A DNA stretch of 63,154 nt, filler included, from Octopus bimaculoides (taxonomy: Eukaryota): NCBI RefSeq assembly GCF_001194135.2. It is 7 parts of 7 records of this genome, joined end to end, with 100 filler letters (N's around TTAATTAATTAA, not from the genome) between each part and the next. Parts side by side here need not be neighbours in the genome. Positions count along the whole stretch, not along the records: positions 15,378 to 37,201 come from NC_068981.1; positions 37,302 to 43,334 come from NC_068995.1; positions 43,435 to 49,870 come from NC_069007.1; 4 more parts are not named here. One strand, written 5' to 3'. The notes beneath the pieces are model-generated. The model did not search any database and was not told the origin of the DNA. It worked only from the letters and a program-made list of their open reading frames with translations. The position numbers and the translations under genes are program-made. Within the stretch, counting starts at the first letter, position 1, and every line of letters begins with the position of its first letter. This document shows positions 36,900 to 49,334 of the stretch, piece after piece.

Positions 36900-37200
36900 A
36901 ATTGAAAAGTGAAACTCAAGCAGAAAGGATCATCTGCATACTTCTTTCAGCGATTCATTGCTTCGATTGCCTTGGAAAAGAAGCTATCCTGTTAGTTAAA
37001 CAAGTTTTCAACAGCTGATAAGACATCATCACTATGATATTGGTTCCAAACCGAGGATTTTTTAAAATATATGTAGGGGATATAGATAATAAGATGAGGT
37101 CAAATCACTAAAGTAGGGAGGGTGGCTTAACAGTCCAAAGCCAATCACACACAACAGCCATCGAAACCAATTACTTGTGCACTGGAGTATTTGTTTCGAT
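36900..37200 (-). mobile_element. Mariner transposase C-terminal remnant (same subfamily as 11106-12332)
   Basis: Frameshifted LVSMAVVCD.GF...HPPYFSDLTSSYYL...NQYHSDD.LSAVENLF..QD.SF..KAIEAM. Confidence 0.65.
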
Positions 37201-37755
37201 GNNNNNNNNNNNNNNNNNNNNNNNNNNNNNNNNNNNNNNNNNNNNTTAATTAATTAANNNNNNNNNNNNNNNNNNNNNNNNNNNNNNNNNNNNNNNNNNN
37301 NTATGTATACATATACACATGTATATACACACATGTATATATGTGTATGGGTCGTCGAATGGGCAGACGCACAGAGATATGCATGTTAAAGGACAGAAAC
37401 CATGAATGAAACAGGATATCGCAGAAGAAAAGAAGAAGTATGATAAAACGAATGAACGATGCTCGAGCCTCACACAAATATCCGAACATCTGAAACGACA
37501 CCTGTCGGTAATTATCAGCCATTATTATCTACTGTCACCGCCACCCAATTAAACCCGATACAGTTGACGGAGCATCAACTATACCCATACATACGCACAT
37601 ACATCAACTACACACATACATCAATTACACACATACATTAAATATCACCGCCGCCGCCAGCACCGCCGCCGCCACACAACCAGTGTGACCACTAACGCCA
37701 TTATCATCATTGCAGTCATATATGTGTGTGTGTGTGTGAGAGAGAGCGATAGAGA

Positions 37756-37820
<65 letters not shown>

Positions 37821-38082
37821 TGCAGACACACACATACACTAAGAAAGTGATAGACAGAGAGTATGAGAGAAGAACAGGAATCAAGTTGGATTTCCGTTTA
37901 ATTCATATCCATTACGATCGTTTCAACAATTGCTAATCAAGATCGATGCATAATCAAAAATTATAATGTATACCTTCTAAAATATATTCCATCAAATTAA
38001 TTAATTAATTTTCCTGACCGATCATACAGTTTGCCGGCCGAAACTTAGAAGTCAATGTCAATACTATTCTTGTTGAAGAATG

Positions 38083-38155
<73 letters not shown>

Positions 38156-39583
38156 NNNNNNNNNNNNNNNNNNNNNNNNNNNNNNNNNNNNNNNNNNNNN
38201 NNNNNNNNNNNNNNNNNNNNNNNNNNNNNNNNNNNNNNNNNNNNNNNNNNNNNNNNNNNNNNNNNNNNNNNNNNNNNNNNNNNNNNNNNNNNNNNNNNNN
38301 NNNNNNNNNNNNNNNNNNNNNNNNNNNNNNNNNNNNNNNNNNNNNNNNNNNNNNNNNNNNNNNNNNNNNNNNNNNNNNNNNNNNNNNNNNNNNNNNNNNN
38401 NNNNNNNNNNNNNNNNNNNNNNNNNNNNNNNNNNNNNNNNNNNNNNNNNNNNNNNNNNNNNNNNNNNNNNNNNNNNNNNNNNNNNNNNNNNNNNNNNNNN
38501 NNNNNNNNNNNNNNNNNNNNNNNNNNNNNNNNNNNNNNNNNNNNNNNNNNNNNNNNNNNATATATATATATATATATACATTCACACACACACGTTTGAC
38601 GAATCTATCAATAAATAGAGAAGTGAATTGCAGCCAGTGCTTTTGTTTTTGTTGACAGGATGACTGTCCCGCCATATGTGTGTGGGGGGGGAGTGTGTAT
38701 ATGTGTTGGGGGGGGGACAACAGGAGCAGTATTAATATCAACAGGTTATATTAATTTCCCACTTAAATTGGATATTGCGTTAGAACAGAATACTGCGTTC
38801 AAATCTTACAGTTTGTCATAGAAGGAGGAAGAAAATACTCAATACATAGCATAGAGTATATCGTTTACATAAGCCGAATTGTTTTTGTTGAAACTTGACT
38901 TTATATATGTAAATAAATATATAAACTTATTTACCAACCAAAGCACCGACACAAAGTACGTAAGATTAAAATTATAAACGGACATACAGTCACACATCTA
39001 ATAACCATATGTTAAGTGTCACTACAAGAATGCACCATGAGGCTATAAACACAGAACCTTCAGTGAAACAAAGATTGGGATCCGCAAATCAATTAATTTC
39101 GACTTCTGTTAAAGCCATCGTCGGGATTTGATTACTCGTTCTTTTTTACTGAGACATTACTGTGATCGGTGTTATATGAATGATGTAAGTTTGATTAGGC
39201 TGTAGTCCTCACGCGAACACAAGCACACGCACGGATACGTACACACATAGTACGCGCACGCAAACAAGAATAAACATGGTGACACACATGCACAGACACA
39301 CACAAACACACACACACAGCCACACAAAACAAGGTTTATTCACCTACTTCGACATATAGATTCATTTATCTTCGCTCATCACTTGCACTTTGTTACATGT
39401 ATATACATGTGTGCCTGTTCACGCAATATTTTGTGCGTGTCGTCCCAAAAAATATATATATATATATCATATATATATTTATANNNNNNNNNNNNNNNNN
39501 NNNNNNNNNNNNNNNNNNNNNNNNNNNNNNNNNNNNNNNNNNNNNNNNNNNNNNNNNNNNNNNNNNNNNNNNNNNNNNNNNNN

Positions 39584-39735
39584 CCGTAAATTAGCGGTTT
39601 GGCAAAAGAGACCGATAGAATAAGTACTAGGCTGGCAAAGAATAAGTCCTGGGGGCGATTTCTTCGGCTAAAAACCTTTAAGGCGGTGCTCCAACATGGC
39701 TGCAGTCAAATGACTAAATCGCGTAAAAAAAAAAA
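39584..39735 (+). mobile_element. SINE family A, 3' part
   Basis: gcaaaagagaccgatagaataagtactagg...aaggcggtgctccaacatggctgcagtc. Confidence 0.85.
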
Positions 39736-39736
39736 A

Positions 39737-39889
39737 GTAGAACAATAAAGATGTGCAAGACTTTCTTAAAGATCGTCTGTGACAATTATTGTTGATGTCG
39801 TTAGAAACTCAGCCGATGAAGCTTTTGGTCCTTCGTTAAGAACCAGCTCCTTCATTCAGGAATAAATGCCAATAAACTCAAGAAAGAGA
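39737..39889 (+). mobile_element. 3' end of R4-like element followed by (CATA)n
   Basis: RTIKMCKTFLK, then a 3' UTR, aataaa, and gacatacatacat. Confidence 0.7.
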
Positions 39890-40099
39890 CATACATACAT
39901 GCATACATACATACATACTTACACACATACATACATAGGTAAGATACATGCATGCATTCATAGACATACATACAAACATGGATACATGTATGCATACATC
40001 TACATACACAGAGATTTTCTGTCCCTTCCTCCTTGTTCCACTTCCTCCCTCCACCATCCTCTCTGCTCTTGTGTGACCTGTGGTCAACTTTCTTTTCAC

Positions 40100-40342
40100 T
40101 CCAGCCGCTGTGAAGGCAAGACGAACTACTAGCGTTCTACCTCAGATTTGCGTTTGGCCGAACGGCTTTTGAATGTTGTTTTCACTGTCCATTTTTTCCT
40201 GTCTTGGTTTGTGTTTGCCACCTTGGAATCCTCTGTGTAGTGGGTTGATCCACTACTCAGGAAGAAACTATTCTAGAGTACGTCCTGTCTGGTCTTCGAA
40301 ACGTCTAGATAGAATAGAGACAGCTGATGAAGGGATATTCCA
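40100..40342 (+). mobile_element. Possible Penelope-type terminal repeat fragment with hammerhead-like motifs
   Basis: ctcagGAAGA...TCTTC GAAAC GTC (40256-40305) and CTGATGA (40324-40330), cut by a gap. Confidence 0.4.
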
Positions 40343-41049
40343 NNNNNNNNNNNNNNNNNNNNNNNNNNNNNNNNNNNNNNNNNNNNNNNNNNNNNNNNNN
40401 NNNNNNNNNNNNNNNNNNNNNNNNNNNNNNNNNNNNNNNNNNNNNNNNNNNNNNNNNNNNNNNNNNNNNNNNNNNNNNNNNNNNNNNNNNNNNNNNNNNN
40501 NNNNNNNNNNNNNNNNNNNNNNNNNNNNNNNNNNNNNNNNNNNNNNNNNNNNNNNNNNNNNNNNNNNNNNNNNNNNNNNNNNNNNNNNNNNNNNNNNNNN
40601 NNNNNNNNNNNNNNNNNNNNNNNNNNNNNNNNNNNNNNNNNNNNNNNNNNNNNNNNNNNNNNNNNNNNNNNNNNNNNNNNNNNNNNNNNNNNNNNNNNNN
40701 NNNNNNNNNNNNNNNNNNNNNNNNNNNNNNNNNNNNNNGCATGCATACATACATACATACTTTCACACACGCACATACATACATACATGCATGCATACAT
40801 GAATGCATATATGCAAACATACATTCATACGCACACATATACACGCATACATACACACACATGCGCGCATACATACACAAACATACACATACATACACAC
40901 GCATGCACACACACATACACACATGCATACATACACATACATACATACATACACACATATACACACACACATACACACACACACATACATACAAACATAC
41001 ATACATACATACATACATACATACATACATACATACATACATACACAGA

Positions 41050-41340
41050 CAATCATAGACACGTACTCACACGTTACCATCTGTCATATTACACATGGCT
41101 GACATCACAGGAATTAGGTTATTTGCAGACTTCGACATTTTCTACAGAATCATTACACACACATTTCACTTTTGTTCTATTTCATCTTCATCTGTTTTCT
41201 CTCCCCCTCTTCTTCTTCCTCTTCTTCTTCTTCCCCCTTCCTCCTCCTTTTTCTTGTTCATCATCATCATCATCATCATCTAAGTCAACCACCCAGATGC
41301 GACACCCGATGTAGTCTTTGTGGTATTAACACCGAAGATG

Positions 41341-41345
<5 letters not shown>
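41050..41345 (+). mobile_element. R4-like zinc-knuckle remnant interrupted by low-complexity DNA
   Basis: CDTRCSLCGINTEDVTH resembles RDNRCRLCGVHTEDITH at 13090-13479. Confidence 0.45.
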
Positions 41346-41372
<27 letters not shown>

Positions 41373-41389
41373 CCTAAGTAGTTGTCTGC

Positions 41390-41775
41390 AAATATGTGAA
41401 GCTCGCTTGTAACCACGAGGTTTAGTGTTCAACCCCACGGTGCGGTACCTTGGATAAACATCTTCTACTCTAGCCCCCGGGGCTGACCATTGCCTTGTGA
41501 GTGAGTTTGGTAAACAGAAACTGTACGGAAGCCGGTCGTATGTATGTGTGCGCGCGAGCGTGTGCGTGTGTGTGTTTGTTTTTCCTCTCCTACTGCTTGA
41601 TAATCGGTGTTGGTTCGTTTACGTCCCCGTAATTGATCGATTGATCGATAGAATATACACCAGACTTAAAATAACAAAAACAAACAAAAAAAGAGTACTG
41701 GGAGAGGTTCGTTCTTCTAAAATCCTTCAAAGCGATGCTACAGCATGGCCGCAGTCCAGTGATAGAAACAAATTG
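41390..41775 (+). mobile_element. SINE family A, old copy
   Basis: Colinear but divergent relative to 61350-61748. Confidence 0.75.
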
Positions 41776-43130
41776 ACAGAAAGAAGATTAAATGATTACA
41801 ATAAGGGGAGATAACACAATATGGAACTGCCATGAATGCCACAACTTCCCCTTGCTGTAATTCTGGTTTCTACTGAAAGTAAGTTGCTTATCCCCAGGCT
41901 AAATAACTAGTTCATTCATTATCAGAGTGTTCCAGCCATGACCATATCATCTATTTTCTGGCATAGTGTACCTAGCAGTACATTACCGTACATATCCTTC
42001 CGTGATCTTTTCCTTTAGGTTATAATTTAAGATAGATCTAGCTGCTATTTTTAGCGATTCTAGAGACCACTTAGTGGTTCGCTCGTTGTAGTTTGATAAT
42101 ATTATAATAATTATATCACAATAACCATTTGATAGCAGCGTCCTGAATACGCCAAATATTGATCCCAAAATAGCAAAACGCAAGAATTCCAGGAAGAATA
42201 GAAATAATTTGGACGGCAAAAGAAGAAGAAAAAAAATACAGTTTAAAAATGGTAAAAACATGGATTTTAAAAGACAAGATGCGAAAATCAGTCCAATGAA
42301 GGCCTGAAGGCCAAATACAAGAATTGTAAAATTAGCCAAAGATAGAAAAGAAAGAAAAAAGAACAGAAGTTTTAAAATGGAAGCAAATTACAAGAATTTC
42401 AAAAGATGCTAGGCGTGGCAGACAAAGGTTAAAATTATTTGAAAATTGGTAACATAAAAGAATCCTAGAATCTTATCCAGTACTTATCGGTGCTGGATAA
42501 GAACAATTCAGCAAACTTAGAAGACTCCTTGTTCTCAGTTCTCTAAAAATGGTTTAGCTTTCAAGCACAGAACTCTCCACACATTGGGCATATAAAACTA
42601 TTCCATTTTCTGGTGCCAGATTCTCTGATAATGATTAAATATCTTTGCCAAATCTCCACCAAATTTGCCATCAATTCAGCATCATTTTTTAATTAATTTA
42701 TTTTATTTTATATATTTATATCGGCTTTTGTGTTTATTATATTTAAGTTTATTTTATTTTATTATTATTTTCGTTTGCATTTTCTTTTTGATTTTTTTTT
42801 TCTTTCTGTTATTAATGTTATTATTATCTTGCAGCCTTCCATTATTATTTTATTTGTATTAATTTCCCTTATTTTTCGTTGTTTTATTGGTATTTTTTGC
42901 TCCATGACAGTTTTGGTCATGTGTGTGTGTGTGTGTGTGTGCGCGCGGGCATTTGTGTGTGTGTATGTGTGTGTACACATGGGCCCAAATGTTTATTAAA
43001 TATAATGTACGCATATATATATATGTATATATGCGTGTTTTATATCTGTGTGTGTGTGTGTGTATCTGTGGGTGAGTGCCTGTGTGGCGTATGTGTGTGC
43101 TTATACACACACACAGACACACACACACAA

Positions 43131-43165
<35 letters not shown>

Positions 43166-43299
43166 ATTAGGTAAGTATACACATATACTGTTTTGTTTCT
43201 TCATCATCTTGGAAAGTTTCTGATTTTCTGATTTAATTAAGATGGCGTGGAATAAGAATACAAACACACACACACACACATATATATGTACATACACAC

Positions 43300-43334
<35 letters not shown>

Positions 43335-43434
43335 NNNNNNNNNNNNNNNNNNNNNNNNNNNNNNNNNNNNNNNNNNNNTTAATTAATTAANNNNNNNNNN
43401 NNNNNNNNNNNNNNNNNNNNNNNNNNNNNNNNNN

Positions 43435-43709
43435 TATATTTATATACATATATACATATATATATATATACATATATATATATTTATATGCATATATATA
43501 CATATATATATATATATACATATATATATATTTATATGCATATATATACATATATATATATATATATATTTATATACATATATATATATACATATATACA
43601 TATATATATATGTATTTATATACATATATATATACATACATATATACATATATATATATGTATTTATATACATATATATACATATATATATATATATACA
43701 TATATACAC

Positions 43710-43741
<32 letters not shown>

Positions 43742-43935
43742 TTATATACATATATATATATTTATATACATATATACATATATATATATATATTTATATA
43801 CATATATATATATTTATATACACACACACACATATATATATACATATATTTATATATACATATTTATATACATACATAAATATATGCATATATACATACG
43901 TACATATATGCACACACACACGCACACATATATAT
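43435..43935. repeat. Long compound (TA)n/(TACA) microsatellite
   Basis: Directly visible. A similar tract lies at 44649-44913. Confidence 0.95.
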
Positions 43936-44276
43936 GTGGTGAGGTAGAGGGGAAGGGGGAATGTGATGCTGCAGGTGACTGAGTGCAAGTGATTGCATAA
44001 GATGTTAGTCATCACCATCTGATCTCGCAGCTCAGTTCTATTAAGATGAGTGGAGTGTGGAGTGGAGCAGAGTGTCACTAAAGTCGAGTGATGGGTGTGG
44101 TCAAAGTGTAGGCTGGAGTTTATAGTCTGCAAGTGTGCATGCAGACACGCAGGTGTGTATGCAGCACACAGCAGTGGCTTGTAAAGAGTTGAGCACTGAG
44201 AGTAGACAATGGAACTATATTGCGTGTGCATCTGCATGTACTAACTTGCTTTTCAATATACACATGAGCATGTGTG

Positions 44277-44313
<37 letters not shown>

Positions 44314-44427
44314 TTTATTTTTTGCGCCTTTGTAAAGCTTAGCCAGACTCATGGGCCCGGTTTTCCAATTTGTATGGTGTATGTGTTCCCCTCCTTGCAA
44401 CTGGATGGGACGCCAGTTCATCACAGC

Positions 44428-44632
44428 TTTTACTCAAGAAACAGGAAGACTGAGTGGGAGAAAGTTGGGGCAAGAGAGTACAAAAGGGGTCGCCACTACC
44501 CCCCTGCCAGAGCCTTGTGGAGCTTTAGGTGTTTTCGGTCAATAAACACACACAACACCCAGTCTGGGAATCGAAACTGCGATCCTATGACCGCGAGTCC
44601 GCTGCCCTAACCACTGAGCCATTGCACCTCTA
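44428..44632 (-). mobile_element. SINE family C head (tRNA-like)
   Basis: Minus strand AGAGGTGCAATGGCTCAGTGGTTAGGGCAGCGGACTCGCGGTCATAGGATCGCAGTTTCGATTCCCAG has A and B boxes, followed by a non-tRNA body. Confidence 0.85.
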
Positions 44633-44650
44633 CACACACACACATCCATA

Positions 44651-44702
<52 letters not shown>

Positions 44703-45265
44703 CATATATATATATACATATATACATATATACATATACATATATATATATACATATACATATACATATATACATATATACATATATATATATACATATA
44801 CATATACATATATACATATACATATACATATATACATATACATATACATATATATATATACATATACATATATATATATACATATACATATATATATATA
44901 CATATACATATATNNNNNNNNNNNNNNNNNNNNNNNNNNNNNNNNNNNNNNNNNNNNNNNNNNNNNNNNNNNNNNNNNNNNNNNNNNNNNNNNNNNNNNN
45001 NNNNNNNNNNNNNNNNNNNNNNNNNNNNNNNNNNNNNNNNNNNNNNNNNNNNNNNNNNNNNNNNNNNNNNNNNNNNNNNNNNNNNNNNNNNNNNNNNNNN
45101 NNNNNNNNNNNNNNNNNNNNNNNNNNNNNNNNNNNNNNNNNNNNNNNNNNNNNNNNNNNNNNNNNNNNNNNNNNNNNNNNNNNNNNNNNNNNNNNNNNNN
45201 NNNNNNNNNNNNNNNNNNNNNNNNNNNNNNNNNNNNNNNNNNNNNNNNNNNNNNNNNNNNNATAT

Positions 45266-45540
45266 AAAGTAGTTGTATACTGCCAACTTAACGTGACAGT
45301 CTCAATAAGGGAATATACTACTGCTATTTAGCCCTAGGAAGCTGGACCGCTTCCTGTCGGTCTTGACACATTTCCTGTGTCCTTATGTGTGCGAGGGGGA
45401 GACAAGCTCCTCCACCCAGCCTAGCCTGCATTCAGGGACATGTTTCTGAGTGTTTGCTCGTCATTAGCCTGACATAGCCTGCCAGCTGGATAGAGAAGTC
45501 CGTCTAACACTCGCAAACTTATATTATTTCAGTGAAGCAC
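45266..45540 (+). mobile_element. Non-palindromic relative of the 58124-58384 foldback
   Basis: The first ~155 nt align with the left arm and loop of 58124-58384. The sequence then continues as unique DNA. Confidence 0.7.
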
Positions 45541-45574
45541 ATTCATATATATATGTAGGTACAGACCACATTTC

Positions 45575-45657
45575 TTGGGCAAGTGTCATTTACTATGGCC
45601 TTGGGCCGACAAATGCCTTGTGGTGGATGGAAACTGAAAAAAGCCCTTAGTATACAC

Positions 45658-45699
<42 letters not shown>

Positions 45700-45805
45700 A
45701 TGTATTTGTATCTGTGTTTGTCACCCACCACTGCTTGACAACTAGTGTGTCTCATATCCCTTTAACTTAGTAGTTCGGCAAAAGGAAATTGATAGAATAA
45801 ATATC
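45575..45805 (+). mobile_element. SINE family A, degenerate central part
   Basis: cttgggcaagtgtc...gaaactgaaaaaagccc...(TG)n...gttcggcaaaag. Confidence 0.75.
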
Positions 45806-46879
45806 ATGGACGGTTTGACCAGAGCTGGCCAGATTGAGAGTGGTACTTGGTTCCAGTCTCATTTAGCTTGATTTATACAGCTAGATGCCCTTCATAACAC
45901 CAACCACTTCACATAGTGTTCTAGTTGCTTTCTACGTGGATATATATATATATATATATATATANNNNNNNNNNNNNNNNNNNNNNNNNNNNNNNNNNNN
46001 NNNNNNNNNNNNNNNNNNNNNNNNNNNNNNNNNNNNNNNNNNNNNNNNNNNNNNNNNNNNNNNNNNNNNNNNNNNNNNNNNNNNNNNNNNNNNNNNNNNN
46101 NNNNNNNNNNNNNNNNNNNNNNNNNNNNNNNNNNNNNNNNNNNNNNNNNNNNNNNNNNNNNNNNNNNNNNNNNNNNNNNNNNNNNNNNNNNNNNNNNNNN
46201 NNNNNNNNNNNNNNNNNNNNNNNNNNNNNNNNNNNNNNNNNNNNNNNNNNNNNNNNNNNNNNNNNNNNNNNNNNNNNNNNNNNNNNNNNNNNNNNNNNNN
46301 NNNNNNNNNNNNNNNNNNNNNNNNNNNNNNNNNNNNNNNNNNNNNNNNNNNNNNNNNNNNNNNNNNNNNNNNNNNNNNNNNNNNNNNNNNNNNNNNNNNN
46401 NNNNNNNNNNNNNNNNNNNNNNNNNNNNNNNNNNNNNNNNNNNNNNNNNNNNNNNNNNNNNNNNNNNNNNNNNNNNNNNNNNNNNNNNNNNNNNNNNNNN
46501 NNNNNNNNNNNNNNNNNNNNNNNNNNNNNNNNNNNNNNNNNNNNNNNNNNNNNNNNNNNNNNNNNNNNNNNNNNNNNNNNNNNNNNNNNNNNNNNNNNNN
46601 NNNNNNNNNNNNNNNNNNNNNNNNNNNNNNNNNNNNNNNNNNNNNNNNNNNNNNNNNNNNNNNNNNNNNNNNNNNNNNNNNNNNNNNNNNNNNNNNNNNN
46701 NNNNNNNNNNNNNNNNNNNNNNNNNNNNNNNNNNNNNNNNNNNNNNNNNNNNNNNNNNNNNNNNNNNNNNNNNNNNNNNNNNNNNNNNNNNNNNNNNNNN
46801 NNNNNNNNNNNNNNNNNNNNNNNNNTATATATATATATATATATATATTTATACATACACACACATACACATGTGAGTG

Positions 46880-46990
46880 TGAATAAGATTGACAGAATAA
46901 ATACTGGGGTCGATTCATTCAGCTAAAAATATCAAAGTTGTGCCCCTGCATGGCCGCAGTCTAATGACTGAAAACAAGTAATAAGAAAAA
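46880..46990 (+). mobile_element. SINE family A tail
   Basis: ctggggtcgattc...catggccgcagtctaatgactgaaaac. Confidence 0.7.
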
Positions 46991-47090
46991 AAAAAGATAT
47001 TTATGATGACACACATATGTACAGATATATAAATACATGCACATGTACAAATATATACATGCATACACACAATTGAATACATACCTACTT

Positions 47091-47125
<35 letters not shown>

Positions 47126-47224
47126 GAAGAAGATGGATATAATAGCAATGGAAAACTTGTGATTTTCGCTGGTATGTCTTTAATTAAATAGATAACAAAG
47201 GAGGAAGAAGCAGAGATGAGAGAA

Positions 47225-47275
47225 GCATTTACGACCGTTTCGATTTACTAGTTTAAGTAAATCTCTTCAGAATGC
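47225..47275 (-). ncRNA. Type I hammerhead ribozyme motif (minimal, short stem III)
   Basis: Minus strand: GCAUU CUGAAGA GAUUUAC uuaaacua GUAAAUC GAAA CG gu CG UA^ AAUGC. It has a complete core, a 5-bp stem I, a 7-bp stem II and a GUA cleavage triplet. Confidence 0.75.
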
Positions 47276-47725
47276 AAATATAGATTGGTTAGGATGCGAA
47301 AATAATTGACACATATGTGATGGTAAAGTAAACAAAGTGGTAATTCTAAAATTTTTGTTCTTGCACTGGTAAATTTGCTGGGTGGAAGTTTGCTTGTGGT
47401 AGATTGGTTAGTTTTGTTGGGTAATTAGGACAGAGTGAGTATTATTTAGTATGTTTAGTATGCACGAATGTATCTACATGCATATATAAATGTGTGTGTG
47501 TTGCAGTCTGAGTTCAAAGACCACCCACATTAACTTTACCCTTCTTCCTTTTTTTTTTTCCAGTGTGGGGTGGGAGGAGCAGGACATAAAACAAAATGGG
47601 AATTATAATAATCAAGTACCAGGAAAGGGGGTCGTTGATGTTAGTAACCCCCCCCCCTATAAGTAATCATTGCCTGCGTCCCTAAATTGGGAGCCATACT
47701 TGAAGGGTAGATTTTGTTTACTCAC

Positions 47726-47827
47726 CTTGCTTCTTCTTAACATCAATCTTATCTGTATCGTAATCCGAGATGATTAAATAATGGACGTAACATTCGTCTA
47801 CCTCCACTGTACATTTCTTTTTTGTGT
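47726..47827 (-). CDS. ITGB: Integrin beta subunit, next exon (second half of beta-tail domain)
   Basis: ttcttaatttcAG|ACACAAA...AAGCAAG|GTGAGT. The 102-nt exon (phase 1 to 1) joins the previous exon in frame: (D)TKKKCTVEVDECYVHYLIISDYDTDKIDVKKKQ, matching the C-x6/7-C-x-F/Y pattern (ITGB1 CKEKDVDDCWFYFTY). The intervening intron is 47828-48963. Confidence 0.85.
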
Positions 47828-47914
47828 CTGAAATTAAGAAACATTGATAATTAATCATCATCATAATAATAACAACAACAACAGCCACCACCATTGCTAC
47901 CACCACCGTCATTT

Positions 47915-48545
47915 TTGTTTAATGTCCACATTCTATACTGACCAGGGCGAGTCCTAGAGTTACTGGTGTCCCAGGCAAGCTGATCTTCAGCATCTACAAG
48001 TCTATGATTGTGAAAATCTCCTTGCCATTATTCACGTCCTCCTTTTCCCCACCCACCACATGGCGCCCTGGGTGACTGCCCAAGTTGCCGGTACCTTGAG
48101 CTGGCCCTCGTACTGATGTGTTGGGTGATTTGGCAGGATCTGATGGATCTTAAGGCCTACCTTGAGCTCCTGTGTCTACCTTGACATGGTTTCTATGGCT
48201 GGATGTCCTTGCTAACACCAACCACTTTGCAGCATGTACTGGGTGCTTTTTCCATGCCACCAGCATTAGTGAGATCATCACACAGTATGCTAGACAATGA
48301 ACCCTGAGGAGGGTAACTTTATGCTCAGAAATGAGGGGCTCATCTTCATCAAATTCAATGTCCGTTTTCCATGCTGGCATGGGTTGGACAGCTTAATAGG
48401 AACTGACAAGGCCAGGGGCTGCACCAGGTTCCATTGTCTGTTTTGGCATGATTCCTATGGCAAGATGCCCTTCCGACCATTTTACAAAGTGTGTACTGGG
48501 TGCTTTTTATGTGGAACCACCACCAGTGCTTTTTGTGTTGCACTT
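47915..48545 (-). mobile_element. Cluster of fragments of a further dispersed retroposon family (GGATGCCCTTCC motif); another piece at 45805-45920
   Basis: Recurring tttctatggctggatg(c)ccttc...tgtactgggtgcttttt and aatgtccgttttccatgctggcatgggttggac. Confidence 0.6.
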
Positions 48546-48963
48546 TGCTTTTAGGATCTTGTTTCTGTCATGGTGGGCGGATCTTCTCAAGTAAAAACAA
48601 TGTGCCACATATCTTGGTCCTCTGTCATCTCCTTCAAAAGGTCAGTGTAGGGGAGCTACATGACAATGTGTATATTAGAAGTGAAAGTGGGAGTGATCAG
48701 GTGGCATTTGAAAACGATGAGGTGGGGGAGAGGAGATGACTGACGGTGCTGAACAGCAGAACCATAACAATATAACAGTAGATAGGAGAAAGACGAGGGA
48801 GAGAGAGAGAGAGAGAGGTGGGGAGAAGTAGGGATGATGTAGGGTAACTTGCAGGGGTGGATGAGGAAAAGAGAGGCACCCTTGCTCAACCACTCAAGCA
48901 CTGGATGGTACAGGGGGTGGAAGTGAGGTGAGAAGTTGAGCGAGAAGCAAGATAGTCACTTAC

Positions 48964-49105
48964 CATTATTGGCGGCATCCAATTGGTCCACTATTGTAAC
49001 CAGTTTGTAATCACAGATCTTGAGACAGTCCGTTGAGTTAACATCATTCTTGTTAAGGATACACTTCACGCATTCCTTGTAGATGCTGCACTTGCTGAGA
49101 CAAGC
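48964..49105 (-). CDS. ITGB: Integrin beta subunit, internal exon (end of last I-EGF / start of beta-tail domain)
   Basis: Minus strand reads ctctctttttctAG|GCTTGT...AATAATG|GTAAGT. The 142-nt exon (phase 0 to 1) is open: ACLSKCSIYKECVKCILNKNDVNSTDCLKICDYKLVTIVDQLDAANN. The C-x3-C, KECVKC and C-x3-C spacing matches the integrin beta tail (compare ITGB1 TCLGVCAEHKECVQC...CTQECS). Not in the ORF track because it has no ATG. Confidence 0.85.
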
Positions 49106-49334
49106 CTAGAAAAAGAGAGAGAGAGATTGAGAGAGGGTAGAGTATTCGATTAGCACTGCCTTCGTCTGCTGTGTAGTTATCTTCATCCTACAAACTAGAC
49201 CGTCATTATCATCATTCCTGTAACTGATAGTACTAGGTACCAGCACTATACAAGTGTGCTTGTTTATATGTGTGGGTATAAATGTTTAACAATGAGAATG
49301 AATGCTCAACATGGCATCGGGTAGAGAAAGACTC

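Noticed and set aside
41990-42660. A-rich segment that might be a decayed LINE endonuclease/linker region
   Set aside because: Only vague motif resemblance (DHLVV, basic helix) with many stops. It cannot be supported without a profile search.
44555-44632. tRNA-like sequence with A and B boxes
   Set aside because: No complete cloverleaf, and it continues into a SINE body. Treated as a SINE head rather than a tRNA gene.
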